A DNA stretch of 64,000 bases from contig JASHOZ010000056.1 in assembly GCA_030038395.1 (NCBI GenBank), positions 23,607 to 87,606 of the forward strand. The letters run 5' to 3'. This DNA is from Nitrososphaerales archaeon (GTDB lineage: Archaea > Thermoproteota > Nitrososphaeria > Nitrososphaerales > Gagatemarchaeaceae). Shown here one piece after another: positions 17,495-26,923 of the stretch. Position 1 is the first letter of the stretch, and each line of letters begins with the position of its first letter. The notes under the pieces were generated by a model. The model saw only the letters and a program-made list of their open reading frames with translations. It was not told where the DNA came from and searched no databases. The position numbers and the translations under genes were made by a program.

Positions 17495-18640
17495 ATGCCC
17501 CGAAGCGTCCCGCTCACTGCGCCAGAGGCGCTGCGCTATAGCAGGCAACTTGTGATGCCTGAGATAGGTCCAGTGGGGCAGAGGAGACTGAAGGGGTCTT
17601 CGGTCGCAGTCGTCGGCGTAGGGGGACTCGGCACTCCCGCGGCCGTCTACCTGACTGCGGCAGGGGTGGGGAAGATCTGTCTCATAGATGGAGACGACGT
17701 GGAGGTCTCCAATCTGCAGAGGCAGTTCCTGTTCGATGAGGGCGACGTCGGGAGGAAGAAGGTCGAGGTCGCGAAGGAGAGGCTCCAGCGAATCAACCCC
17801 AACGTCGAGGTCGTCGCGCACGACAGCAGGCTAGACTCGAATAATGCGCTGGAAGTGCTGGGCGCCTATGAGGCGGTGGTCGACGCCACAGACAACCTCC
17901 CCGCCCGGTATCTTATCAACGACGCCTGCGTGCTGCTCAGGAAGCCTGACGTCTACGCGAGCGTGCTAGGACTCGAGGGGCAGGCTTCAGTCTTCTTCTC
18001 GCTCTTGGGCCCTTGCTACAGGTGTCTGAGTCCTGTCCCGCCCCCCGCGGCCTCGGTGAAGTCGTGCGAGGACGCGGGCGTTCTTGGGGTGGTCCCTGGC
18101 ATCATGGGCGCCATCCAGGCGGCGCAGGCGGTGCAGGTCCTGCTCGGAATCGGAGCCCCGCTGGTTGGGAGGATTCTAGTCTTCGACGGGCTGGAAGCGT
18201 CCTTCGAGGAGGTGCGGCTGAAAAAGGACCCCAGGTGCGCCGTCTGCGGAAGCAACCCTTCCGTCACCAAGCTGGTCGACTACGAAGAGTTCTGCGGCCT
18301 TAGGGGCGCCCCGAAGGCAGTCGGGTTCAATGTTACCCCGACGGAGCTGAAGGCTGCCCTTGAAGCGAGAGGCAAGGTCATCCTTCTGGACGTGCGGGAG
18401 CCTCTGGAGTATGAGCTCTGCCATCTGCAGGGCGCTCGCCTGATGCCCCTAGGCGAACTTCCACAGAGGAAGGGCGAGCTGGAACCTGAGAGCGAGATCA
18501 TCGTGTACTGCCACGTCGGTGTCAGAAGCACTCAGGCCGTCTCCTACCTGAGAAGGTCGGGCTTCAGTTCCGTAAGAAACCTGCAAGGGGGGATTGACGC
18601 CTGGGCCCGAGAGGTCGACCCGGGTATGCCCCGCTACTGA
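17495..18640 (+). CDS. moeB: MoeB/ThiF E1-like adenylyltransferase fused to rhodanese (MoeZ type)
   Basis: RYSRQ, VGVGGLG, SNLQRQ, CYRC, SCEDAGV, CAVC, rhodanese YCHVGVRS; ends MPRY. Confidence 0.9.
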   Translation: MPRSVPLTAPEALRYSRQLVMPEIGPVGQRRLKGSSVAVVGVGGLGTPAAVYLTAAGVGKICLIDGDDVEVSNLQRQFLFDEGDVGRKKVEVAKERLQRINPNVEVVAHDSRLDSNNALEVLGAYEAVVDATDNLPARYLINDACVLLRKPDVYASVLGLEGQASVFFSLLGPCYRCLSPVPPPAASVKSCEDAGVLGVVPGIMGAIQAAQAVQVLLGIGAPLVGRILVFDGLEASFEEVRLKKDPRCAVCGSNPSVTKLVDYEEFCGLRGAPKAVGFNVTPTELKAALEARGKVILLDVREPLEYELCHLQGARLMPLGELPQRKGELEPESEIIVYCHVGVRSTQAVSYLRRSGFSSVRNLQGGIDAWAREVDPGMPRY

Positions 18641-18758
18641 GTGGGTTCAGTCCGGTCGCGCTTGCCTATGGTCAAACTCCGATGCTCGTCGATCCAATGG
18701 AGGGTTTCTGACCAGTTCACAAAGCAGTCCCAGATGATGCCCTCGTCCTTCCTGGTGG

Positions 18759-19574
18759 TCATGGCCGACCCTGATCTGTCGATAGGTTCTTGGTGAAGAA
18801 AGAAATCGTCCTCTCCCACGCGTCGTCGGCCGCGGGCTTGTTGTAGACCTCACGCCTTTCGTTGAAGAAGGCGTGCTGCACCCCCTTGTACACCTTGATT
18901 TCGAACGCCTTCCTGTACTTTACCATGTTCTCGACCAGTACAGGGATGCCTGAGTCTATGCGCTGGTCCTCTCCCGCGTATATGCCGAAGACCGGCCCTG
19001 TGATGTCCGCCACGGCCTCGATGGGACTCGGGTTGGCACCGTAGAACGGGACGGTCGCGCCGAACGGGTACATGGTGGAGAGCTGGTACGCCAGCCCACC
19101 TCCCATGCAGAAACCTGTGATGCCGAGCCTGTCGCCGTGGACCTCACTCATCCCCTTGAGGTGGTCGGTGCAGCTCAGGACGTCCTTCACCATGTCCTTC
19201 TCCATCTCTCCTCTCTTGACGAGCAGCAGGTTCACAAGTTTCCTATCTTCCTCCGACATGGTGGCCATGAGGGTCTGGAGTGTAGCGGGGTCGTTCCGCT
19301 TGTCGGGAGGGACTGTCCACATCTTCGACATCGCCCTCTCGATGTTCTTCTCAGTCAGGAAGTCCCCGAAGCGTGTGAACAGGTGGGGCGCAAGGGCGAC
19401 GAACCCTTGTTCCGCGTACCGCCTAGCCACGCCCCTGATTTGGTCGTTCAGGCCAAAAATCTCGTGTATCACGATTATGCCTGGGTGTCGCCCTGAAACA
19501 GGGCGCGAGAGATATGCCGCAATCTGCGTCCCGTCCTGACACCTGACTTTCGTTTCTTCACTCGTTATGTCCAC
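18759..19574 (-). CDS. Dienelactone hydrolase family protein
   Basis: GIIVIHEIFGLN, GITGFCMGGG nucleophile elbow, HAFFN. GTG start at 19574 inferred; the ORF-track 5' extension is antisense to the SDR. Confidence 0.9.
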   Translation of the reverse strand: MDITSEETKVRCQDGTQIAAYLSRPVSGRHPGIIVIHEIFGLNDQIRGVARRYAEQGFVALAPHLFTRFGDFLTEKNIERAMSKMWTVPPDKRNDPATLQTLMATMSEEDRKLVNLLLVKRGEMEKDMVKDVLSCTDHLKGMSEVHGDRLGITGFCMGGGLAYQLSTMYPFGATVPFYGANPSPIEAVADITGPVFGIYAGEDQRIDSGIPVLVENMVKYRKAFEIKVYKGVQHAFFNERREVYNKPAADDAWERTISFFTKNLSTDQGRP

Positions 19575-19620
19575 GCGACTCACGGGAACGGTGCTCGCTA
19601 CAGACGATATTATCCGTTGC

Positions 19621-20514
19621 GTGACTACGCAGCCTAATAACAGCCATCCTCTTCGCTTCGGGTCGTTGGCTGGCAGGGTCTGTCTCGTCACCGGTGCGAA
19701 CTCCGGTATAGGGAGGGCAGCGTCCGCGAAGCTCGCCAAGACTGGAGTCACTGTTGTCATGGTGGCAAGGGACGAGGCAAAGGGAAGGGAGGCGCTGGCG
19801 GGAGTGAAGTCGGAGAGCGGCAACCAGTCGGTTGAGCTGCTGGTTGCAGATCTGAACTCGATGGGCTCGGTGAGGAAGCTCGCCGAGACCTTCCGGGAGA
19901 GCCACGCGTCGCTGCATGTACTGCTGAACAACGCCGGGGTGATCCTCGGCGCAAGGTCGGTCGGCCCGGACGGGGTCGAGAGCAACTTCGCCGTCAACTA
20001 CCTTTCGCACTTCCTTCTGACCAACCTGCTCATGGACACCCTGAAGGCGAGCGCCCCTTCCCGCGTGGTCAACGTGACATCTGATGCCCACTTCTCGGGC
20101 CACATCGACTTCGACAACCTGCAACTGCAGAAAGGGTATGGTGCGATGAAGGCCTATTCACAGGCGAAGCTCGCGCAGGTCCTCTTCACACGCGAACTCG
20201 CGCGGAGGCTTGAAGGTACTCGCGTCACTGCCAACTGCGTTCACCCTGGTGTGGTCCGGACGCATTGGGGCAACACAGCAGGCGGGCTCCTCGCTCTTGG
20301 AGTCAAAATCGGGCGCCCCTTCTTCAAGAGCCCTGAGCGTGGGGCGGAGGGTCCTGTCTTCCTCGCGATCTCCCCTGACGTGGACGGCGTCAGCGGCAAA
20401 TACTTCTCTGGTACGAAAGAGGCCAAGTCGTCGAAAGAGTCGTACGACGATGTCGAGGCTCGCCGCTTGTGGCAGGTGAGCTGCGAGCTCACCGGTATCA
20501 AGCCTGATGCTTGA
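19621..20514 (+). CDS. Short-chain dehydrogenase/reductase (retinol dehydrogenase-like)
   Basis: TGANSGIG, NNAG, YSQAK, VHPGVVRT; start approximate. Confidence 0.9.
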   Translation: MTTQPNNSHPLRFGSLAGRVCLVTGANSGIGRAASAKLAKTGVTVVMVARDEAKGREALAGVKSESGNQSVELLVADLNSMGSVRKLAETFRESHASLHVLLNNAGVILGARSVGPDGVESNFAVNYLSHFLLTNLLMDTLKASAPSRVVNVTSDAHFSGHIDFDNLQLQKGYGAMKAYSQAKLAQVLFTRELARRLEGTRVTANCVHPGVVRTHWGNTAGGLLALGVKIGRPFFKSPERGAEGPVFLAISPDVDGVSGKYFSGTKEAKSSKESYDDVEARRLWQVSCELTGIKPDA

Positions 20515-20711
20515 CAACCCTGCCGCCCTTTTGGGACTGCGTTCGCCAGTCCAACAAGACCGGCCAGGAGAGGTTTAAGCAGGTTCGCTAGCTTCCGAAA
20601 GCCGGGATGCGCGTCCGGGAGGCACCGGCAAGCAGCTACGTGGGGGCGATATGCAAAAGGCTCTCGGCGACATCACGAAGAGGTGATGCAAATGGCCGTG
20701 CGCTTATCGTG

Positions 20712-21461
20712 ATGGCGAAGGACGGGAATGACGAGGACTGGGTCATCCCTGGTCCAAGGCGCGGGAAGAAAGTCGCGGCCGTGGCAGCGGTGTGCGTGGT
20801 CGTCGTAGCGGCTCTGTATTACGGAGTCCCCGTGGCAGAAGGGATCATCTTCCCGGGTCCGGCTCCCGTATGGCATACGTTCCTGTCCGTATTCAACACT
20901 AATGAAATCGAAGTATCTGGGGCCTGCTCGCTCCAAGACACGGTCTCTGTTCTTGGTCTGCCGACGTCAGACCTCGGGCCGCACACGACGGTCAGCTGCT
21001 CCTACAGGGGTCAGTCGTACATTGGGGATGTCAGCACTGACTGCGACCTGCAGGGGACGGGGACGATTCTGTCGGTCAGCGGGACGCTGGTGCCATATCT
21101 CGGGTGCAGGCTGAGCTACGCTCCATTCCTGATGACGTTCTCGGGACTCTACACGCTGGCCGGCCAAGGAAACGATTCGGTCCACGTCTACCAAGGCGAC
21201 GCTATCCTCGCCAATCTCACACTGGTGTCGAATCTCCGGAGCGAAGGCTGCTCATATCAGGATGCTGCCTCCGCGAGGACGAACGGCATCTTCGTCTGCA
21301 CCTACCTGGGCATCCCATACACGACGCCGAGCGTCCTCCAGGACTGCAATCTCGGAACGCCCATTCAGGTGAGCGGAATCCCGGCTCCAACGGGAGGGTG
21401 CGTCTTCCAGAGGAACGAACTGTACACGGCGCAGAGCACCTCATCGAGCTCAGAGGCGTAG
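20712..21461 (+). CDS. Membrane-anchored extracellular protein with a duplicated 4-Cys domain
   Basis: RRGKK plus TM helix, then two copies of CS.QD...C[ST]Y.G..Y...DC[DN]L.GT...VSG...GC. Confidence 0.65.
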   Translation: MAKDGNDEDWVIPGPRRGKKVAAVAAVCVVVVAALYYGVPVAEGIIFPGPAPVWHTFLSVFNTNEIEVSGACSLQDTVSVLGLPTSDLGPHTTVSCSYRGQSYIGDVSTDCDLQGTGTILSVSGTLVPYLGCRLSYAPFLMTFSGLYTLAGQGNDSVHVYQGDAILANLTLVSNLRSEGCSYQDAASARTNGIFVCTYLGIPYTTPSVLQDCNLGTPIQVSGIPAPTGGCVFQRNELYTAQSTSSSSEA

Positions 21462-21496
21462 TCGCCGGACTCAGGTGAATTCGGGCACTACCTGCT

Positions 21497-22543
21497 TCAG
21501 ACGGCGGCCCCTGCTCTCCCCCGTCTGAGCAGGAGCCATGCGATGGCTGCGAGCGCGACCACCACGACGACAACTATCACCACGTAAAGGACGTCCATCG
21601 ATGACGACGACCCCGAGTTCACCGTCGTTGTGGTCGTCTGAGTCGAGGTGCTGAGTACTGTCGCCGTGCTCGTCGAGAGCTGCGTCTGCGTCTCGCTCAA
21701 GACAGATACGGATGTGACCGTGGGGCCGACTGTCTCGGTGTTCGTGAATGTATATGCCTGCACAGTCGTCACAGTGATCGTAGCGAACTGCGTCGTCGGG
21801 GAGACAAACGTCAGAGTCGACGAGTTCGTAGTCAGCGAGGTGGTCGTCGAGACAGATGTGGCAGTCGTCGTGGTGGCCACGGTGACCGAGTTTGAGATTA
21901 TCAGCTGCTGGGCTGCGACTGCCTCAACCGCCGACCCGTCATAGACTTTGATGTATTTGTAGGCCGCCGTAGCCAGGACGGGTATGGGTCCCACGACCAC
22001 GGGCGTCACGCCCGCGGGAGTGGGAGAGACAGAGCAGGCGCCTGTCCCGAGCCACCCGATATAGAACGTCCCGTTGGCGTTCGTCAGAGCAGTGAAGTGG
22101 CCAGCAGCGTTGGCACAGAAGTCGGCCACAGAGAACTTCGGCGAGTACTGCGCGTCGCCTGTTCTGTTGGATGTCTCAGTGCCCATGCTCAGTATGAGCC
22201 AGAACGTCGCAGCAGAGAACGAGACACCGCTGAAGTTGAGGGCCAGCAGGTTCGTATCAGGGTCCACCGCGGTCGTGTCGATCTTCGTCACATACATGGT
22301 GCCGAGCAGGACGGTCACATTGCTGACCGACGGCGTGAACGAGGTGGGTGTAACGACAGAGTTGACCGCTCCCAGCGAAGGCGAGCCAGTGTCGGCGCTG
22401 ACCTGCGTCACCGGGACCGCGACGAGCAGCGAGGAGAGCGCAAGTAATGAAAGGATCAGAATCGCCTTGGCCCCGGAGAGCACGCTCGCGGGCACTTGAT
22501 GCCTCGCTTTAACCATGATGGGAGAACTTCCGCGCAGCTCCAC
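21497..22543 (-). CDS. Cell-surface glycoprotein-like protein
   Basis: Signal peptide, N-x-S/T sequons, long Thr/Ser-rich stalk, C-terminal TM followed by RRGR. Confidence 0.75.
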   Translation of the reverse strand: MELRGSSPIMVKARHQVPASVLSGAKAILILSLLALSSLLVAVPVTQVSADTGSPSLGAVNSVVTPTSFTPSVSNVTVLLGTMYVTKIDTTAVDPDTNLLALNFSGVSFSAATFWLILSMGTETSNRTGDAQYSPKFSVADFCANAAGHFTALTNANGTFYIGWLGTGACSVSPTPAGVTPVVVGPIPVLATAAYKYIKVYDGSAVEAVAAQQLIISNSVTVATTTTATSVSTTTSLTTNSSTLTFVSPTTQFATITVTTVQAYTFTNTETVGPTVTSVSVLSETQTQLSTSTATVLSTSTQTTTTTVNSGSSSSMDVLYVVIVVVVVVALAAIAWLLLRRGRAGAAV

Positions 22544-22744
22544 ACCTCCACCCCATTGCGTCGCCCACGGCTGCGAGGCCTGACGGCGGCAGCCACTGTT
22601 CGACCTCGCGGTTTCGCTCCGTCGCTACAAGGGTCCGGGTAAAGAACGTCAGCGCAGATAATGGAAGGTGTTTCATCTTCCGCTACGGCTTGCAGCCGGG
22701 TGCGGAATCACCACGGGTCGGAGGTTTTGGCCTGCTGGGAATCC

Positions 22745-22846
22745 CTACGCCGCGCATTCCTTGTGGTAGGACTTCTTCATCAAGAAGCCTTTCTTCACTT
22801 CTTGGCCTGCGGGGATTTCCTTGCCGCACTTTGCGCAGTTGACCAT
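22745..22846 (-). CDS. 33-aa zinc-finger microprotein (C-x2-C-x20-H-x2-C, LIM-finger-like)
   Basis: Manual translation: MVNCAKCGKEIPAGQEVKKGFLMKKSYHKECAA*. TATA-like TTTAATA about 30 nt upstream and AAGGA before the ATG. Confidence 0.7.
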   Translation of the reverse strand: MVNCAKCGKEIPAGQEVKKGFLMKKSYHKECAA

Positions 22847-22920
22847 TGCAGTCCTTTCACGCGACAACTCTGGGTGTATTAAACCTGCGCATTCGCCTCA
22901 TCCGCGCCTGTGCGCGAGGG

Positions 22921-24264
22921 TCAGATGACCCACCCCTCCCTCTCCACGCGTCTGCGTTCGAAGCCTATCCTCGAGGGGTCGTACTGAACGCCGCCATACA
23001 GCGAGACTTCGTCGGCTTCCCTGTAGACGGCATCGACTATCCTTCCTAGCGAGTCGCCTTTCATGATGCCGCTCCCGCTGTCGCCCCCGACGGCTATGAG
23101 GTTCCCTTGGCGGAAGACGAACGGGAGGTAGTCCAGCGTGTTGTAGGAATACAGCCCTGCCCACATCGCCTTCACTGCCGCGCTCTTGAACTGAGGGAAG
23201 TACGCCGAAAGCACCGGGCTGACGCTGCGCTCGTAGAACGACCGCTCTGCCTCGTACCCTTCCAGACTTCTCTCTGGCACATTGATTAGGGGTCTGTTCA
23301 CCTCGTCTTCACACCCAATCCAGAAGTCACCCTCTTCCGCCGCGGGCCTGAAGTGTACGCCGGCCTTCGGGAGGACGACGAGGGGAGGAAGGCCGAGGTC
23401 ATTGAAGCCCTTGGTGTGGAGGAGCCTTCCAAGCGGGGGCGAGCCCTTCGTCGAGACGCTGAATAGCTGCCTCTTCTTCGCTCCGACGTGCCCGTCTATC
23501 CCGACCGGCCCGAGGAGCTGGTTCCCCCAAGCGCCGCACGCAAGTACCACCGCGTCGGCACCGATGGCGCCGTTCACGGCGCCGCTCACTTGGACTCCTT
23601 CCACTCTAGACTCCTGCCATACGAACGGCTCGCCGTCAATCCCCAGCCTCTTCGATGGACCTACGAGGAGTCGGTCGACGTTCGTGCTGAACGCCGTCAG
23701 TCCCCCGATTCGCGTGAACTCTCTGACGTAATGCCTCACAAGCTTGTCGGGGTCGAGCCTGCCGCACTTCGGCCCGAACACGCCGCCGTCGACGTCAGGC
23801 AAGCCCATCAGCTCCGCCTCTCCATCCGAACTGAGGTCGGCCCGCAGCCCTGGCATCCTCTCCTCAATCTCGGCCCTAGCGAACCGCCGCGTGTGTATCC
23901 CGTTCCTGTCCATGAGGCGCAGGGCTCCCTCACTCGCACTCAGCTGTGCGTTGCTCATCAACCATAGGTATCCGATTCGCTGCAGTCCTAGATCGGTCCC
24001 CTCGCTCTGGACCTTGAGGTAGCACTCTATCGTGGAGTCAGACAGGATCTGGTTGTCGTTCGACGTGAACGTGTTCCTGAACATCGCATTGCTCCTGCCT
24101 GTGTTCCCCTGCCCAGGCGCGCCGAACCTGTCGAGAAGGAGGACGCGTCTGTTCGGGCTGTTTCTCTTCAGATGGAAGGCCGACGCGGCGCCCAGTATCC
24201 CAGCTCCGACGACTACGACGTCATACCGACCCATGAGAGCAGGCGCGTCGACAGCGCCTGACAT
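22921..24264 (-). CDS. FAD-dependent oxidoreductase (sarcosine oxidase / proline dehydrogenase beta-like, DAO family)
   Basis: YDVVVVGAGILG, GNTGRSNAMFR, WAGLY, SGSGIM. Start at ATG 24264 or 24234. Confidence 0.85.
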   Translation of the reverse strand: MSGAVDAPALMGRYDVVVVGAGILGAASAFHLKRNSPNRRVLLLDRFGAPGQGNTGRSNAMFRNTFTSNDNQILSDSTIECYLKVQSEGTDLGLQRIGYLWLMSNAQLSASEGALRLMDRNGIHTRRFARAEIEERMPGLRADLSSDGEAELMGLPDVDGGVFGPKCGRLDPDKLVRHYVREFTRIGGLTAFSTNVDRLLVGPSKRLGIDGEPFVWQESRVEGVQVSGAVNGAIGADAVVLACGAWGNQLLGPVGIDGHVGAKKRQLFSVSTKGSPPLGRLLHTKGFNDLGLPPLVVLPKAGVHFRPAAEEGDFWIGCEDEVNRPLINVPERSLEGYEAERSFYERSVSPVLSAYFPQFKSAAVKAMWAGLYSYNTLDYLPFVFRQGNLIAVGGDSGSGIMKGDSLGRIVDAVYREADEVSLYGGVQYDPSRIGFERRRVEREGWVI

Positions 24265-24395
24265 CTCGGCCTTGGGGGGCATACGGCCTGCAGCCCCTAC
24301 TCGCTCTAATGGGTCTTCTGTGCCGCGCTCCTCAGGCCGAGGTTCCCCGGATCCGAGGAGAGGGCTTAATACAACAGCGGCGCCCGACACGCTCT

Positions 24396-25346
24396 GTGCG
24401 TCCTCCCCTCTCTGGCGTGTTCGTGGTGGCAGTCTCTCCCCTCGATGAGCGGCGAGAGTTCGACCTGAAAGACTACCGCCGCCTCATAGAGTACTGTGTC
24501 GCGGCCAAGGTCGGCGGGCTCACGGTCCTCGGCGAGTCGGCCGAGCGCGACTTGCTCTCCGACGGCGAGAAGCAGGAGATTCTGGCGGCCACGTTCGAGA
24601 TGCTGGGGGGCAGACTCCCCATAGTGGTCGGGACGGGCAGCGAGAGCACAGAGTCGACCGTACGCTCTAGCATCGACGCTCAGGACAGCGGAGCGTCGGC
24701 GGTCATGATAGCCCCTCCGAGACGCCTGAGGGTAGGCTCGGGGAGCTCCGACAGCGACGCGATCTTCGAATACTTCTCTTCGGTCGGCGACAGGATAGAG
24801 ATTCCTATCGTGGTCCAGGACTTCCCACAACTCGACCGCCCGAGGATGGACGTGGACCTTATCCGCCGTCTGAACGCGGAGATATCAAATGCGCAGTACC
24901 TGAAGCTCGAAGACCCGCCGACCCCGCTCAAGATGGAGAGGTTGCGGTCTGCCACAGGCGACCGGCTGAAGGTCTTCAGCGCATACTACGGTAGGGACTC
25001 GTACTGGGACCTCGTCCACGGGGCGGTGGGCGTAATGACGTCATCCCCCACGCCAGAGTATCTCGTCGCGATGTACGACTCGTTCGCGGCGGGGGACAGA
25101 GGGAAGGCGCTCGACATCTATCTCGGCACGCTCCCGCTCGTCTACTACTGCAGCGAACTCGGCCTCGCCGTGCGCAAGGAGGTCCTCGCACAAAGGGGAG
25201 TGATTCGGGCGAGCACCATGAAGCAGAGTGAAAAGGAGCTCACAGGGGCGCAGAAGAACGAGCTTAGAGACGTGATCGCCTGGGTGGAGGACAAGCTGAC
25301 GTCGTCCTGCGGCGTCCCCCCGCTCGGCCTGGAGAAGGCCCGCTGA
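24396..25346 (+). CDS. DHDPS/NAL-superfamily aldolase/dehydratase
   Basis: LSGVFVVAVSP, LGESAE, IVVGTG, IVVQDFP, Schiff-base Lys in YLKLEDPPT. Confidence 0.85.
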   Translation: MRPPLSGVFVVAVSPLDERREFDLKDYRRLIEYCVAAKVGGLTVLGESAERDLLSDGEKQEILAATFEMLGGRLPIVVGTGSESTESTVRSSIDAQDSGASAVMIAPPRRLRVGSGSSDSDAIFEYFSSVGDRIEIPIVVQDFPQLDRPRMDVDLIRRLNAEISNAQYLKLEDPPTPLKMERLRSATGDRLKVFSAYYGRDSYWDLVHGAVGVMTSSPTPEYLVAMYDSFAAGDRGKALDIYLGTLPLVYYCSELGLAVRKEVLAQRGVIRASTMKQSEKELTGAQKNELRDVIAWVEDKLTSSCGVPPLGLEKAR

Positions 25347-25394
25347 TCCGGCCCGCTCCAAGCCTTTATTTCGCGACGGAGCAAGTTCGGCCCG

Positions 25395-26042
25395 ATGGTC
25401 GTCCTATCTCCTGACGAACTGCTGACTACAACCAGGGCAGTCCGGAGGCGTCTGGACCTCAGGAGGCCCGTCGAGCGGCGGGTAATCGAGGAGTGCATAG
25501 ACATCGCATCACAGGCGCCCAACGCGGGGAACGGCCTGCGGGTGCACTTCGTAGTCGTGACCGACGAGGGCAAAAGAAGGTCGCTGGCGCAGATATACAG
25601 GAAGTGCTCCGAGCGCTACTTCGCTTCCCCTCCGAAGCCCGCGAGCAGTGACTCTGGCGGCTCGCCCTGGGAGGATGCGACGAGGCGGAGGTTCCGGTCC
25701 GAACTTCACCTGTACGAGCACCTTGAGGAGGTGCCCGTGCACGTCATCCCGTGCGTGTCGGGCCGAGCCGACGGTTCAGGCATACCTGCCCAGGCCGCGC
25801 GCTGGGGGACAGTCTACCCGGCGGCGTGGAGCTTCATGCTCGCCGGCCGCGCCAGAGGACTCGGCATGACATTCACGACCATCCATCTGAACATGGAAGC
25901 GGAAGCCGCAGGGCTCCTCGGAATCCCGTTCAACGAGGTCATGCAGGCGGGCCTGCTCCCGGTGGCCTACACGAAGGGGTCGAGGTTCAGGCCTGGTCTG
26001 CGGGCGCCAGTCTCGGAGACCGCCCATTGGGACAGGTGGTAG
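25395..26042 (+). CDS. Nitroreductase family protein
   Basis: LLTTTRAVRRRLD, QAPNAGN, SFMLAGRARGLG. Confidence 0.88.
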   Translation: MVVLSPDELLTTTRAVRRRLDLRRPVERRVIEECIDIASQAPNAGNGLRVHFVVVTDEGKRRSLAQIYRKCSERYFASPPKPASSDSGGSPWEDATRRRFRSELHLYEHLEEVPVHVIPCVSGRADGSGIPAQAARWGTVYPAAWSFMLAGRARGLGMTFTTIHLNMEAEAAGLLGIPFNEVMQAGLLPVAYTKGSRFRPGLRAPVSETAHWDRW

Positions 26043-26143
26043 ACCAGGGCACGGAGAGGGAGCCGCCGGGGTGCTCGACGCCGTCTACCGCCGCCGCGAC
26101 TGCCCGGCTGGAGATTTAACCAGGGAAGGCCTGCCCCCATCGG

Positions 26144-26809
26144 ATGCACGATCGCCTGATTTTCGACCTCGACGGGACGATCATCGACTCGAAGGCAGGA
26201 ATCTGGGAGAGCGTGAACTACGCGCTGAGGTCGCTGGGGCTCTCCGAGCTCGGTCAGGAAAGGGCCGACTACGTCTGGATGATAGGGCCGCCGCTGCGCG
26301 AGTCTTTCAGAAAACTGGCGGGCGAGCGCGCGACAGGCTCACTGGTGGAGAGACTGGTTGCGAAGTACAGGGAGAGGTACGAGAGGGTCGGCATGTTCGA
26401 GGCTTCCGTATTCCCGGGGATGAGGGAGGTGCTCGCGCGCCTAGCAGAGGGCGGGGGACAGAGGAGGCTCGCCGTCGCGACCACCAAGCCGACCGTCCAG
26501 GCAAACGCCGTGATAAGGCACTTCGGCCTCGAACGGTTCTTCGAACTGGTCGCGGGGAGCAGGCTCGACGGCGGAATGTCGGAAAAGCGCGACCTCATCA
26601 GACGCGTGATGGACGTCTTCGGCGGGCGGCGGGCCGGCTATCTGATGGTGGGGGACCGGGAGTACGATGTCAGAGGGGCAAAGGCAGCGGGAATCGACTC
26701 GGTAGGCGTCCTCTACGGCTACGGGACGGAGCCGGAGATAGCGAGGGCCGGACCGACCTATATGACAGACACCCCGAAGGCGCTCGGGGAACTCTTGCTT
26801 CGGCTGTGA
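26144..26809 (+). CDS. HAD-superfamily hydrolase (phosphoglycolate phosphatase-like)
   Basis: FDLDGTIIDS, VATTK, MVGDREYD. Confidence 0.9.
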   Translation: MHDRLIFDLDGTIIDSKAGIWESVNYALRSLGLSELGQERADYVWMIGPPLRESFRKLAGERATGSLVERLVAKYRERYERVGMFEASVFPGMREVLARLAEGGGQRRLAVATTKPTVQANAVIRHFGLERFFELVAGSRLDGGMSEKRDLIRRVMDVFGGRRAGYLMVGDREYDVRGAKAAGIDSVGVLYGYGTEPEIARAGPTYMTDTPKALGELLLRL

Positions 26810-26923
26810 GAGGCAACGCCTGGCCGCGAACCGGCTCGCGAGGGCCGCGGCCCCAAGCGACGGTGAGCCGGAGGGGTAGTTTCATAAGGGAGGGACGGTC
26901 GACGGCTTCTCCCAGCGGTTTAC

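Noticed and set aside
19575..19997. N-terminal extension of the 412-aa dienelactone hydrolase ORF
   Set aside because: Antisense to the SDR gene; hydrolase homology starts near 19574
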